From: Candidatus Parcubacteria bacterium
GTDB taxonomy: Bacteria; Patescibacteriota; Patescibacteriia; CAIXNZ01
DNA: 64,000 nt
Assembly (NCBI GenBank): GCA_026395685.1
Contig: JAPLYG010000008.1
Coordinates: 15,225 to 79,224, forward strand
Direction: 5' to 3'
Positions 20,328-29,876 of the stretch are shown one piece after another. Every line of letters starts with the position of its first letter. Position 1 is the stretch's first letter. The translations under genes and the position numbers were made by a program. The notes under the pieces were generated by a model. It was not told the DNA's origin. It did not search any database and saw only the letters and a program-made list of their open reading frames with translations.

Positions 20328-20491
20328 ATTATATATTTATACCCTGCTTTAGCAGGCAAACAATCTTTTAATGACTAATTTTTAAGTATTAATTTTTATT
20401 GAATTTTTAATGACTTTATTTCTAATTTTATTCATTATCATATTAAATCATTATTTAAAAATTATAAATTAAAAATTAATAATTAGACATA

Positions 20492-21649
20492 CTATCTTCC
20501 AACAAATCCTATTTTCCCAGTCTTAACCTTGGCCAAGTCAACAATGTCACTTATCATCTTTTCCGTAATATCACGTCCTCCCAAACCAACGACAAAGGAA
20601 CTTATCTGTGCTTTCAATTGCCCATAGCAGGCGCGCTTAATTTCAGTCGCTAAAATACCCTCAGTACCGATGGAAATGGCTTTATCTACTACGGCAACAT
20701 ATTTAACTTTGCTCAAAGCCTTAACAATCTCAACATCAGGAAACGGTCGGAAAGAAATTATTTTTAATAAACCAACTTTTTTTCCCTTGGTTCGTAATTG
20801 ATCAATCACCTCTTTAATTGTCCCGCAAACAGAACCCATGGCCACTAAAATGATATCAGCGTCTTTGGTTTTGTATTCTTCAATCAAGCCATTACCGATG
20901 CCACGGCCAAAAACTTTTTTAAATTCTGAATTTTGCCTGACAATTTCTTTTTTGGCAGCCGCAACATCTTCAAATAGCTCCTGACGGATTTCCAGATAAC
21001 GTTCTGGCGTAGCAAAAGTTCCCAGAGAACGTGAATTAGCAGTATCAAGGGTTGAATCTTTAGGAGCAAGGTAATCGGGCAGGAATTTCTTAATCAAACT
21101 TACTTCAGGGATTTCCACTGATTCAAAGGTATGAGTCAGCACAAAGCCATCCATATTGACCATAACCGGCAACATTAAACTCTCGGCCAGTTTATACGCT
21201 AAGATATGCAAGTCAACTGCCTCCTGATTTGTTTCTGCGTAAAGTTGCAGCCAGCCTGCATCACGGATGGTAACTGAATCCTGCTGATCATTCCAGATAT
21301 TTATCGGCGAAGAAATTGCGCGATTGGCACAGGTAACCACCACCGGCAAACGCATGCCGGCAATATTAAATAAAACTTCAGTCATTAAAAGAAGTCCTTG
21401 TGAAGAAGTTGCCGTATAAGTCCTGACACCGGTAGCGCTCGCGCCCAAAACCATGGAAGCAGCGCTAAATTCCGATTCCGCATTGATAAATTCAAAATCA
21501 GCCTCGCCATTATCTTTCATCTTGGCCAAGTCCTCCACAATATGCGTCTGAGGTGTGATCGGATAAGCCGCCACAACCGCCGGCCGCAAATTTTTCATAA
21601 TTTCCGCGACCGCATGGGATCCTTCGACGATTTGTTTTTTAGTATTCAT
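20492..21649 (-). CDS. porA: Pyruvate:ferredoxin oxidoreductase alpha subunit
   Basis: AAYPITPQT, ESEFSA, TATSSQGL, NRAISSPINIWND, MDGFVLTH, GLGGRD. Confidence 0.93.
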   Translation of the reverse strand: MNTKKQIVEGSHAVAEIMKNLRPAVVAAYPITPQTHIVEDLAKMKDNGEADFEFINAESEFSAASMVLGASATGVRTYTATSSQGLLLMTEVLFNIAGMRLPVVVTCANRAISSPINIWNDQQDSVTIRDAGWLQLYAETNQEAVDLHILAYKLAESLMLPVMVNMDGFVLTHTFESVEIPEVSLIKKFLPDYLAPKDSTLDTANSRSLGTFATPERYLEIRQELFEDVAAAKKEIVRQNSEFKKVFGRGIGNGLIEEYKTKDADIILVAMGSVCGTIKEVIDQLRTKGKKVGLLKIISFRPFPDVEIVKALSKVKYVAVVDKAISIGTEGILATEIKRACYGQLKAQISSFVVGLGGRDITEKMISDIVDLAKVKTGKIGFVGR

Positions 21650-21779
21650 AATATTTTAAGTATGAAGTCCGAAGTACGAAGCTCGAAATTTAACTTCAGC
21701 CTTCATTAAAGCTTGACTTTTTTAAAAAATAGTAGTATATTTAAATGTTCCAAAAACTTAAGAGAAAGGAGCTTCCAAA

Positions 21780-21998
21780 ATGCCAAATGAACATGGTCAG
21801 GTTACCGTAGGCGACTTCAAAGCCCCTCCGGGTCAGTATCGAATCACTCGCGAAGACATGGAAGATGGCGCCCTGTACATCATCGCTGACATTTTCAACT
21901 ATGAGTGCGCGATTATAATTACCAACTGGCTGCGAGAGGAAGACGAAAACTCTGTCTTTTTGCTCTGGGATGATAAGGGCCAGGAAATTATCTGCTAA
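21780..21998 (+). CDS. Small acidic hypothetical protein inserted antisense within the por cluster
   Basis: TTGACT(21713)-17-TATATT promoter, SD AAAGGAG, downstream hairpin plus T-run at about 22021-22052. Confidence 0.6.
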   Translation: MPNEHGQVTVGDFKAPPGQYRITREDMEDGALYIIADIFNYECAIIITNWLREEDENSVFLLWDDKGQEIIC

Positions 21999-22059
21999 AA
22001 GAACCGTCATCAATTGACTTGCTCAGCGAAACAAAAGTAGCTGGGCTTTTTTATTTCTC

Positions 22060-22146
22060 GGGCGAAAACGCCCGTTTTATTGCACCGATACGTAGAGACG
22101 CATTGCTATGCGTCTCTACCGTCCATCATCAAGGGCGTTTTCGCCC
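22060..22146. repeat. Composite palindromic element: GGGCGAAAACGCCC inverted repeats enclosing a GTAG-family REP
   Basis: 22060-22073 pairs with 22133-22146; inner GTAGAGACGCATTGCTATGCGTCTCTAC (22092-22119). Confidence 0.8.
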
Positions 22147-22200
22147 TTCAACCAGCAACCTCATACAACATAATAAAACTTCTTATAACCTTATAAAACC

Positions 22201-22488
22201 TTATTTATAATCATTAATCATACTTATCGCGCTCACCGGGCATTCCTTAGCGCATAAACCACAACCTTTGCAATAATCCAAATCATTATCGTAAAAAATT
22301 CTGCCTTTGGAATTTTTCTCGCTGGTTGCAAAACAAACACCTTCAGGACAAACTTTATTGCAGGTGTCACAGCCAATACAGACCTCGTGATCAACCACAG
22401 GCTTAAAGGTTCGCCAGGTGCCAGTGTTATACTCTGTCGTTGTGCCGGGCTTGGCGTTTAATATGTTTTTCAATATTTTATTGGACAT
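22201..22488 (-). CDS. porD: Pyruvate:ferredoxin oxidoreductase delta subunit (2x[4Fe-4S])
   Basis: TGTWRTFKP, CIGCDTCNKVCP, DYCKGCGLCAKECP. Confidence 0.92.
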   Translation of the reverse strand: MSNKILKNILNAKPGTTTEYNTGTWRTFKPVVDHEVCIGCDTCNKVCPEGVCFATSEKNSKGRIFYDNDLDYCKGCGLCAKECPVSAISMINDYK

Positions 22489-22496
22489 AGCTTTTT

Positions 22497-22618
22497 AATC
22501 ATCAAACATCAATAACCAATCATCAAACAAATTCAAATCAACGAAATTCTAAATTGTTTGGTTATTATTGATTAAGCATTAGATATTGTTTGATTATTGA
22601 TGATTGATTATTGGTTAT
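22497..22618. repeat. AT-rich heptamer-built imperfect inverted repeat
   Basis: AATCATCAAACATCAATAACCAATCATCAAACAA...TTGTTTGATTATTGATGATTGATTATTGG. Confidence 0.65.
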
Positions 22619-23163
22619 TTTACGTAGTCATATGCCGCTACCAGCGCCTTAATATTCTTCTCAATTATCTCCTTATCATACTTCTCCCCCAAGTGTTCGC
22701 TAATCGCATTTTTCGCCGCTTCTAGCTCAATCAATCCTGAAATTCTGGCAAAAGCTCCCAAAATTGCAGTATTGATAATCGGCTTGCCAATTATCTCTAA
22801 AGCTATTTTTAATACCGGTACGCAATAAATTTTTCCGCCGTAGCCTGGACAAACCTGATCAGGCAATTTATCTGAGTTAATAATGACAATAGTACTTTTT
22901 TTGGCGCCGTTTAAAACATTGGCAATCGCAACTAAGCTGGGATCAAGCACTATGATATAATCAGGCTCATAAACCTGCTCCCGGCTGCGGATAAACTTGT
23001 CATTAATCTTTACAAAGGCAGTAACCGGTGAACCTTTTCTTTCCACGCCGAAAACCGGAAAAGCCTGCACCTGCTTACCATTATAAAATGCTGCCATGGC
23101 AATCAGCTCAGCCAAAGTCACATTGCCCTGCCCGCCTCTACCATGAATACGAATTTCTATCAT
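22615..23163 (-). CDS. porC: Pyruvate:ferredoxin oxidoreductase gamma subunit
   Basis: EIRIHGRGGQG, FPVFGVERKGSPV, INTAILGA. Confidence 0.92.
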   Translation of the reverse strand: MIEIRIHGRGGQGNVTLAELIAMAAFYNGKQVQAFPVFGVERKGSPVTAFVKINDKFIRSREQVYEPDYIIVLDPSLVAIANVLNGAKKSTIVIINSDKLPDQVCPGYGGKIYCVPVLKIALEIIGKPIINTAILGAFARISGLIELEAAKNAISEHLGEKYDKEIIEKNIKALVAAYDYVK

Positions 23164-23172
23164 ATATAAAGA

Positions 23173-23244
23173 TTAATTTCGCAGGCCGAAGCTCGCTAGA
23201 GCGAAGGCCTGACCTCCTCTACCATGAATACGAATTTCCACCAT
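23173..23244 (-). pseudogene. Truncated second copy of the porC 5' end (23 codons)
   Basis: Reads MVEIRIHGRGGQ-AFALASFGLRN*; 23216-23251 is a near-identical copy of 23135-23170. Confidence 0.75.
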
Positions 23245-23268
23245 ATATAAACGATATATAAAAAATTA

Positions 23269-23973
23269 TTATAAACCTCTAAGCTCTTTATATTTATTAA
23301 TCATTTCCACAAAAGTCTCATAAGGTATTACGCCGCTTGGCAGTTTGCTGCCATTGATAAAGTATGTAGGAGTGCCTTCGACCCCCAAATTAATGCCTTC
23401 GCGCAAATCATCCTGCACTTCTACCAGATATTTTTGGCTGTCTAAACAAGTGGTGAATTTTTCCATATCCAATCCCAGAGTTACCGCTAAATCGTTGTAA
23501 AGAGTGTCCGCTAAATCAGACTGATATTCAAAAAGCAAATCATGGTATTGCCAAAAACGCCCCTGCTCATTAGCGCAATTCGCGGCTAATGCCGCCTTGA
23601 GTGCCGAGGGATGACTTATCAGGTTAGGAAAGTCACGAAAAATAATTTTAACTTCGGTGCCGTAATTTTCAATAATTTTACTCAATATCGGTACTGATTC
23701 ACGGCAGTAAGGACATTCAAAATCTCCAAATTCTACGATAGTAATCACGGGATTTTCAGCGCCGATAAAGGGGTCATCTTTCGTTTCTATGCTAATTGAC
23801 TTAGTGGTGTCCTCCTGGTAATTTCCCTTCTGTATTTCTTCATAATAATAAAAATAATTATAGATAAAAATTCCGCCAAAAATTAATGCGCCTGAAAAAA
23901 TCAGCAATAAAAAAATACCCCACCAGCGATTATACCATTTTCTTGATGCTTCTGTTTGATTTTCATTTACCAT
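23269..23973 (-). CDS. Membrane-anchored DsbA/thioredoxin-fold disulfide oxidoreductase
   Basis: TM helix; EFGDFECPYC, FRDFP, AANCANEQGRFW, GVEGTPTYFING. Confidence 0.9.
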   Translation of the reverse strand: MVNENQTEASRKWYNRWWGIFLLLIFSGALIFGGIFIYNYFYYYEEIQKGNYQEDTTKSISIETKDDPFIGAENPVITIVEFGDFECPYCRESVPILSKIIENYGTEVKIIFRDFPNLISHPSALKAALAANCANEQGRFWQYHDLLFEYQSDLADTLYNDLAVTLGLDMEKFTTCLDSQKYLVEVQDDLREGINLGVEGTPTYFINGSKLPSGVIPYETFVEMINKYKELRGL

Positions 23974-24124
23974 TGATTTTATCTTAAATTGGCATTATAC
24001 TTTTATTATAGCACATTTGTATTGACTTAATTAATTATTTCTGATATGCTAATATCAGTTTATTAATCTTCTTTAACGTTTTATTGAGTAAAACACGCTA
24101 AAATTGAACTAATTTTACACCTTT

Positions 24125-24334
24125 ATGATTTTAAACATAATTCAAATTATTATCTCTATATTACTAATCCTGGCGATTTTATTACAAAATCGCGGCGCAG
24201 GATTAGGCTCAGCTTTTGGCGGTGAAGGCAATATCTACAGAACTAAGCGCGGCGCCGAAAAATTTCTTTATTTTGCCACTATTATCCTGGTGATAGCATT
24301 CATGGTGACGGCCTTCATAAACATTATCTTTTAA
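24125..24334 (+). CDS. secG: Preprotein translocase subunit SecG
   Basis: ILLQNRGAGLGSAFGG, RTKRGAEK, two TM helices. Confidence 0.9.
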   Translation: MILNIIQIIISILLILAILLQNRGAGLGSAFGGEGNIYRTKRGAEKFLYFATIILVIAFMVTAFINIIF

Positions 24335-24357
24335 TCTCTTACATATAAAAAACCCTT

Positions 24358-26184
24358 GTGTACTCTGTGATTAAATTCTTTTTGAATTTGAGCCAGTCTG
24401 CTAAAAATTATATACTTTTTTATTTGGCAAAATACAGAAATGAGAAAAAAATAAGTCAGCAGAAAGATCTTGATAAAAAAGTTCTTGCCGCTCTAAACGG
24501 CAAGAAGCTGCCAAATTTAAAACAATTGAAGAGACTGCCTCAAACATTAAATAAGCATGAAAAATTTATTTTAAAAGGCTTGATTCTAATCGCCCTTGTT
24601 ACTGGCGTGTTCCTTTTTTATAACGGATATTATAAAAATCTGATCAGCCTGCCTGCTACTGGCGGAGAGTTTTCTGAAGGCTTGATTGGTTCCCCTCTAT
24701 ATATAAATCCTATTTTCGCTTTTAATGATGCGGATAAAGACTTAAGCAGCCTGATTTATTCCGGCTTAATCGGCTATAATGAAAAATTAGAGCCTATCCC
24801 TGATTTGGCTGAGAGATATGAAGTTTCGGAAGATCAAAAAACTTATACTTTTTTCCTTAAACGAAATATTAAATGGCATGACAATAAAAACTTTACGGCA
24901 AATGATGTGCTGTTTACTATTTCTGCAATCCAGAATCCTAACTATAAAAGCCCTTATTCCCGCAGTTTTACCGGCGTCGGCGTGGAGCAAGTAGATGATT
25001 ATACTGTTAAATTCACACTCGAACAGCCTTATGCGGGATTTCTAAATATTTTATCAATCGGCATTCTGCCAAAAAATATCTGGGAGAATACTCCGGCAGC
25101 CAATGCCAAAAACGTAATTTATAATCAAAAGCCGATAGGAACCGGACCTTATAAATTTAAAAGCTTGGTGAAAGACAAAAGCGGACAGGTTAAATCTTAC
25201 GTTTTGGAAAAAAACAAAAATTATTACGCTAAAATTCCCTATATCAACAAAATAATTTTTAAATTTTATCCTGATTATGACAGCGCTACTTCAGCCTTGG
25301 CCAATAAAGAAGTACAGAATCTTAGTTTTTTACCCAAAGAAAACTTAGCCAAAATCAACAAGCGAGACATAAATATTCACAGCATTAATTTGTCGCAGTA
25401 TACTGCCTTATTTTTCAATACCAAAAACAGTGAGCTTCTAAAGGATAAAATAATCCGCGAAGCTTTAGCTTTGGCAATTGATAAAAATAAATTGCTGGAA
25501 GATGTCTTAAGTAACCAGGGAAAAAAGATTGACGGGCCAATTCTTGCTAATTTCCCGGGCTATTCTGAAGATATAAAAAAATACGAATATAATCCGCAAA
25601 AAGCATTAGAGATATTGACTGCTGACGGCTGGACAATTGATAATGAAAAATTAAAGAAAAAGGATGTTGAACTTAAAATTACCCTTACCACCGTTGAACA
25701 AAATGACAATATCAAAACAGCCAATTTAATTAAAGAATTCTGGGACAGTATCGGTATCAACGTAGATTTGCAAATTATTGCCAAAGACAAAATCCAAAGT
25801 GAAATAATAATGCCTAGAAATTACGAAGTCTTGCTTTACGGGGAAATAATTGGTTATGACCCTGACCTTTTCCCCTTTTGGCATTCATCACAACGTAATG
25901 ATCCTGGTTTAAATATGTCTTATTATTCCAATCGCAAGGTTGACCAATTATTGGAAGAAGCCCGACAAACAAATGATTTAAGCCAAAGAGCCGCCAAATA
26001 TCAGGAATTTCAGAACTTACTGATTGATGATTTACCGGCAGTCTTTCTCTACAGCCAAAATTATCTTTATCCGGCCACAAAAAAAATAAAGGGCATTAAT
26101 GTCCAAAGGATTGCATCACCGTCTGACCGTTTTATTAATATTGAAAACTGGTATATCAAGACCAAAAAACAATTCTTCAAATAA
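24358..26184 (+). CDS. Family 5 (peptide/nickel) ABC transporter substrate-binding protein, membrane-anchored
   Basis: PDLAERYEVSED, KWHD..FTANDVLFT, PIGTGPYK, IREALALAIDK. Confidence 0.88.
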   Translation: MYSVIKFFLNLSQSAKNYILFYLAKYRNEKKISQQKDLDKKVLAALNGKKLPNLKQLKRLPQTLNKHEKFILKGLILIALVTGVFLFYNGYYKNLISLPATGGEFSEGLIGSPLYINPIFAFNDADKDLSSLIYSGLIGYNEKLEPIPDLAERYEVSEDQKTYTFFLKRNIKWHDNKNFTANDVLFTISAIQNPNYKSPYSRSFTGVGVEQVDDYTVKFTLEQPYAGFLNILSIGILPKNIWENTPAANAKNVIYNQKPIGTGPYKFKSLVKDKSGQVKSYVLEKNKNYYAKIPYINKIIFKFYPDYDSATSALANKEVQNLSFLPKENLAKINKRDINIHSINLSQYTALFFNTKNSELLKDKIIREALALAIDKNKLLEDVLSNQGKKIDGPILANFPGYSEDIKKYEYNPQKALEILTADGWTIDNEKLKKKDVELKITLTTVEQNDNIKTANLIKEFWDSIGINVDLQIIAKDKIQSEIIMPRNYEVLLYGEIIGYDPDLFPFWHSSQRNDPGLNMSYYSNRKVDQLLEEARQTNDLSQRAAKYQEFQNLLIDDLPAVFLYSQNYLYPATKKIKGINVQRIASPSDRFINIENWYIKTKKQFFK

Positions 26185-26282
26185 ATAATCGTACTCAAAT
26201 AATAAAATTTAACTCCTTAAAAACTAACTAAGGCTACAAACATACCGCAAAACGGCATTTATTTGTTAGCATTATTAAACTT

Positions 26283-28001
26283 ATGGTATTTAAAAAACCA
26301 CACATTCCCCATCGCGAGGGAAATTATTCAAAAGAACCCAAATTACGCATCATGGTTTTGGGCGGGCTGGAAGAAGTCGGCCGCAACATGACTGTTTTAG
26401 AATTTGGCAATGACATTATTATTGTTGACATGGGCCTGATGTTTCCCGAAGAAGACATGCCGGGCATTGATTATATTATTCCCAATATCTCCTACTTTAA
26501 AGGTAAGGAAAAAAATATTCGCGGCGTAATTATTACTCATAGCCACATGGATCATATCGGCGGCATTCCTCACATAATGCCCAAAATCGGCAATCCCATT
26601 ATTTATACCGCCAAATTATCAGCCGGTATTATTCAAAAAAGGCAGGAGGAATATAAGTCAGCTCCAAAACTCAAATTTTACATCATTGATGAAAACACCC
26701 ATTTGAAACTGGGAAATTTCAATGTAGAATTTTTCCGAGTTAATCATAATGTGCCTGACAGCTTTGGCGTTGTGATCAAAACTCCGATCGGAACTATTGT
26801 GCATACCGGAGATTTTAAAATTGATCATTCCCCTATTAATGACAAGCCTGCTGACCTGGGCCGCATTGCTCAAATCGGCTCCCAGGGAGTCTTGGCTTTA
26901 ATGGCTGATTCCACTGATGCCGAACATGAAGGCTATCAGATTTCTGAAGCCAGAGTCGGCGAAGAATTGGAAGGTATTTTTGAAAAAGCGACCAACCGCA
27001 TTATTATCGGCACGTTTGCTTCACTCTTAAATCGCGTTCAGCAAGTTATTACTATCGCTGAAAAATTCGGACGCAAAGTTATGATTGAAGGCCGCAGCAT
27101 GACAACCAATGTAGAAATTGCCCATCAGCTCGGCTATATGAAAATCAAGCCAGGCACTTTATTGGAAGCAGAACATTATAATGAAAAAAAATATCCTGAT
27201 GATAAAATTGTGATTATCGGCTCCGGCGCTCAAGGTGAACAAAATGCCTTTTTAGTACGCTTTGCAGAAGATGAACATCGTTTTTTGCATATTAAAGAGG
27301 GCGATACTGTTATTTTTAGTTCCTCGGTTATTCCCGGCAATGAACGCACGATTCAAAATTTAAAGGATACTTTTTATCGCAAAGGCGCCAGAGTTATCCA
27401 TTACAAACTTATGGATGTTCATGCCGGCGGACACGCCAAAAAAGAAGATTTAAAACTATTGATCCGTTTAATCAAGCCTAAATATTATTTTCCGATCGAA
27501 GCCAACCATTATATGCTGCGCTTAAATGGCGAAATTGCGGAAAGTTTGGGAATACCCAAGGATCATATTTTTATTGCTGAAAATGGACAAGTAGTAGAAT
27601 TTACCCACAATGCCGGACACTTAACCCCGGAAAAAGTCCCGACCGATTATGTAATGGTGGACGGACTGGGAGTCGGCGATGTATCAGATATTGTTTTGCG
27701 TGATCGTCGGGTCATGGCTGCTGACGGCATGATTGTAATTATTGCCACCATTGATCGTAAAACCGGAAATATAATCGGCAATCCTGATATTATTTCCCGC
27801 GGTTTTGTTTATATGAAAGAAAATAAAGAATTGATTGAAACGACCAGAATGAAAGCCAAAAAAATATGCGGAGACACCGATCCTAAATCACCGGCTTTCG
27901 ATGATTATATTAAAAATAAAATCCGCGATGATATTGGCCAGTATCTCTATATTAAAACCAAACGACGACCCATGATTTTACCCGTAGTAATTAAAGTCTA
28001 A
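26283..28001 (+). CDS. rnj: Ribonuclease J
   Basis: LGGLEEVGRNM, THSHMDHIGG, VHTGDFK, FSSSVIPGNE, HAGGHA, RRPMILP. Confidence 0.96.
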   Translation: MVFKKPHIPHREGNYSKEPKLRIMVLGGLEEVGRNMTVLEFGNDIIIVDMGLMFPEEDMPGIDYIIPNISYFKGKEKNIRGVIITHSHMDHIGGIPHIMPKIGNPIIYTAKLSAGIIQKRQEEYKSAPKLKFYIIDENTHLKLGNFNVEFFRVNHNVPDSFGVVIKTPIGTIVHTGDFKIDHSPINDKPADLGRIAQIGSQGVLALMADSTDAEHEGYQISEARVGEELEGIFEKATNRIIIGTFASLLNRVQQVITIAEKFGRKVMIEGRSMTTNVEIAHQLGYMKIKPGTLLEAEHYNEKKYPDDKIVIIGSGAQGEQNAFLVRFAEDEHRFLHIKEGDTVIFSSSVIPGNERTIQNLKDTFYRKGARVIHYKLMDVHAGGHAKKEDLKLLIRLIKPKYYFPIEANHYMLRLNGEIAESLGIPKDHIFIAENGQVVEFTHNAGHLTPEKVPTDYVMVDGLGVGDVSDIVLRDRRVMAADGMIVIIATIDRKTGNIIGNPDIISRGFVYMKENKELIETTRMKAKKICGDTDPKSPAFDDYIKNKIRDDIGQYLYIKTKRRPMILPVVIKV

Positions 28002-28016
28002 GACATAAATATTCCT

Positions 28017-28047
28017 AAAAAATTCCCCCTAATATGGGGAATTTTTT
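28017..28047 (+). terminator. Intrinsic terminator after rnj
   Basis: AAAAAATTCCCC-CTAATAT-GGGGAATTTTTT. Confidence 0.75.
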
Positions 28048-28149
28048 AATTATTAGTAGATTAGTATGGTATTAGTAAATTAGTAGCCTAACTAAACCGA
28101 AGCAATGCCCTAAAACCCTTTATTCTTAGCCAAAACCAGCCACTCAGCA

Positions 28150-28254
28150 TTGACAAAATCAAGTATTTATGCTAATATTCCCTATTAAAGTAATTATTTA
28201 AGCTATTGAAATAAGGTAATAATTGTTATCTTATTTTAGTAGCTTATTGCTGCT
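28150..28254 (+). promoter_or_regulatory. Sigma70 promoter plus conserved leader hairpin (copy 1)
   Basis: TTGACA-17-(TG)TAATAT; about 22-bp stem TAAGCT...AGCTTA (28199-28246) with four G-U pairs. Confidence 0.7.
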
Positions 28255-28359
28255 GAATTTGCGAAGGGAGAAACAATACCCTTTTCACATAGATAAAGTG
28301 TTTTTCAGACAAAGAACTTTGACAACTTTACGCATAACAACCAAAAAGGAAGGTGAAAG

Positions 28360-29838
28360 ATGGATAGGAAAAACCTGACGGAAGTGATTCCGGGAGTATT
28401 GTATGACACCACCGTAGGGGATGATTCTCCGCTGCTTTTCAAGACCCAACCCGACGTCCTGTACGACGATGAGGGCCTGGAAATCAGCATCATCGTTGGC
28501 GACTTTGAACTCAAGTGTAAAAGCGAAGAGTTCAACAATAAAACACAGCTCAATTTCCACGAACCACAGGAGCTGCAAGCCAACCTGACGACGATCCTTA
28601 CATCGATCGTTTTCAGTAACAACGCCGAAGACAGCGACCCAACGTGGAAGTACGTGAGTAAAGGAATGGTCGGGGAAATCAAAGGAACTGCCGCGTCCAC
28701 GGCCAAAGAAACCGAGGATGCCGCGCCCATTCCCATGCCCCCCCTGATTGCGGAGGAAAAACCCGAGGCCATTCCCGCTCCACCCGCCGACGAGGAAAAA
28801 AAACCTGAGCCGGCAAAAGACCCGGAACCGCCAAAGCCCTGGGACGAGGAAGAAGAATTTGAGGACTTTCCCGATTTCCCCGTTGACGAGGGGAAAAAAC
28901 CCGAGCCTGAAAAAGCTCCGGAATTCCCAAGGCCCGGGGAAGAAGAAGATCCTTTCCGTTTTGATGTACGAGAACCCGAGCCTGAAAGAGCGCCAATACC
29001 GCCGCGACCCAGGGAAGACTGGGATCGCCCCGCGGATGAAACAGACGATGACATTTTAAGCCATCGCCGCCCACTTCCCCGACGGGAAGAACCGCCTGAA
29101 GAGGAGGCACCGATGAAACGAGGGATTCTCACTTACATTTTGGCGGCAATCGGGATCATCCTGATTTCCGCAATGCTGATTCTTCTGGGTCTCTTTCTCG
29201 GAACCTGGTGGGGTCAAGCCGACATTGACCGCCTGAAGGCCGACAACGGGAAACTCCAGCAGGAGATGAAGGGACTGAAAGCCCTGAATCCGCAAATCAA
29301 AAAGCTGCAGGAGGACATAGTCATTCTTCAGCAGGATAACCGGCTCTACAAGCTGAAAGCGGACCGCTACAGCCAGATTCTCACGAAACTGCTGTGGCCT
29401 ATTCCCGATGACTCGGAGCTGCAAAACTTCGATGTCAACAATAATTTCTGCGCTAACTGGTGCCAGTGGTTGAAGGAGAGCCTTCCCCTGGTTCGCCAGG
29501 ACGCGAAGGCCAACTGTCCGGCATGTTCCAAGCCGGTTGTGCAATCTAGCCGCAACACGAACGTAAAAAAGGCAGTTGCGGCTTGCCCGACTTGCCCGCC
29601 GGCCACTTGCACGAATTGTGTGGAAAGGGATAAAATCTATCCGACGACTCCGCAACAAGTACAGACCCCACCGGAACAAGTGCAGTCCCCGCCGCCACCG
29701 CAGCCTCAACCGGCTACGGAAAACGGTCCGAGGACAAAAGTTTACCCCGGAACTCCGGCGCCCGGTCCTGTCCAACAGGCAAACGCTCCGGCTCCGGAAT
29801 CCAACACCACCGTCAGAACACAAACTATCGACCCCTGA
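28360..29838 (+). CDS. Single-pass membrane protein: acidic Pro/Glu-rich linker, TM, coiled coil, Cys/Pro-rich extracellular tail
   Basis: SD AAGGAAGGTG; GC-rich; TM ILAAIGIILISAMLILLGLFL; CPAC/CPTCPPATC; ends TTVRTQTIDP. Confidence 0.8.
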   Translation: MDRKNLTEVIPGVLYDTTVGDDSPLLFKTQPDVLYDDEGLEISIIVGDFELKCKSEEFNNKTQLNFHEPQELQANLTTILTSIVFSNNAEDSDPTWKYVSKGMVGEIKGTAASTAKETEDAAPIPMPPLIAEEKPEAIPAPPADEEKKPEPAKDPEPPKPWDEEEEFEDFPDFPVDEGKKPEPEKAPEFPRPGEEEDPFRFDVREPEPERAPIPPRPREDWDRPADETDDDILSHRRPLPRREEPPEEEAPMKRGILTYILAAIGIILISAMLILLGLFLGTWWGQADIDRLKADNGKLQQEMKGLKALNPQIKKLQEDIVILQQDNRLYKLKADRYSQILTKLLWPIPDDSELQNFDVNNNFCANWCQWLKESLPLVRQDAKANCPACSKPVVQSSRNTNVKKAVAACPTCPPATCTNCVERDKIYPTTPQQVQTPPEQVQSPPPPQPQPATENGPRTKVYPGTPAPGPVQQANAPAPESNTTVRTQTIDP

Positions 29839-29876
29839 TCCCTTTAAGGGACAACTTCTTTCACAAGGAGAAAGAA

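Noticed and set aside
14231-22618. Short periodic repeats considered as a CRISPR array
   Set aside because: No constant 23-47 bp repeat with unique spacers, and no cas genes.
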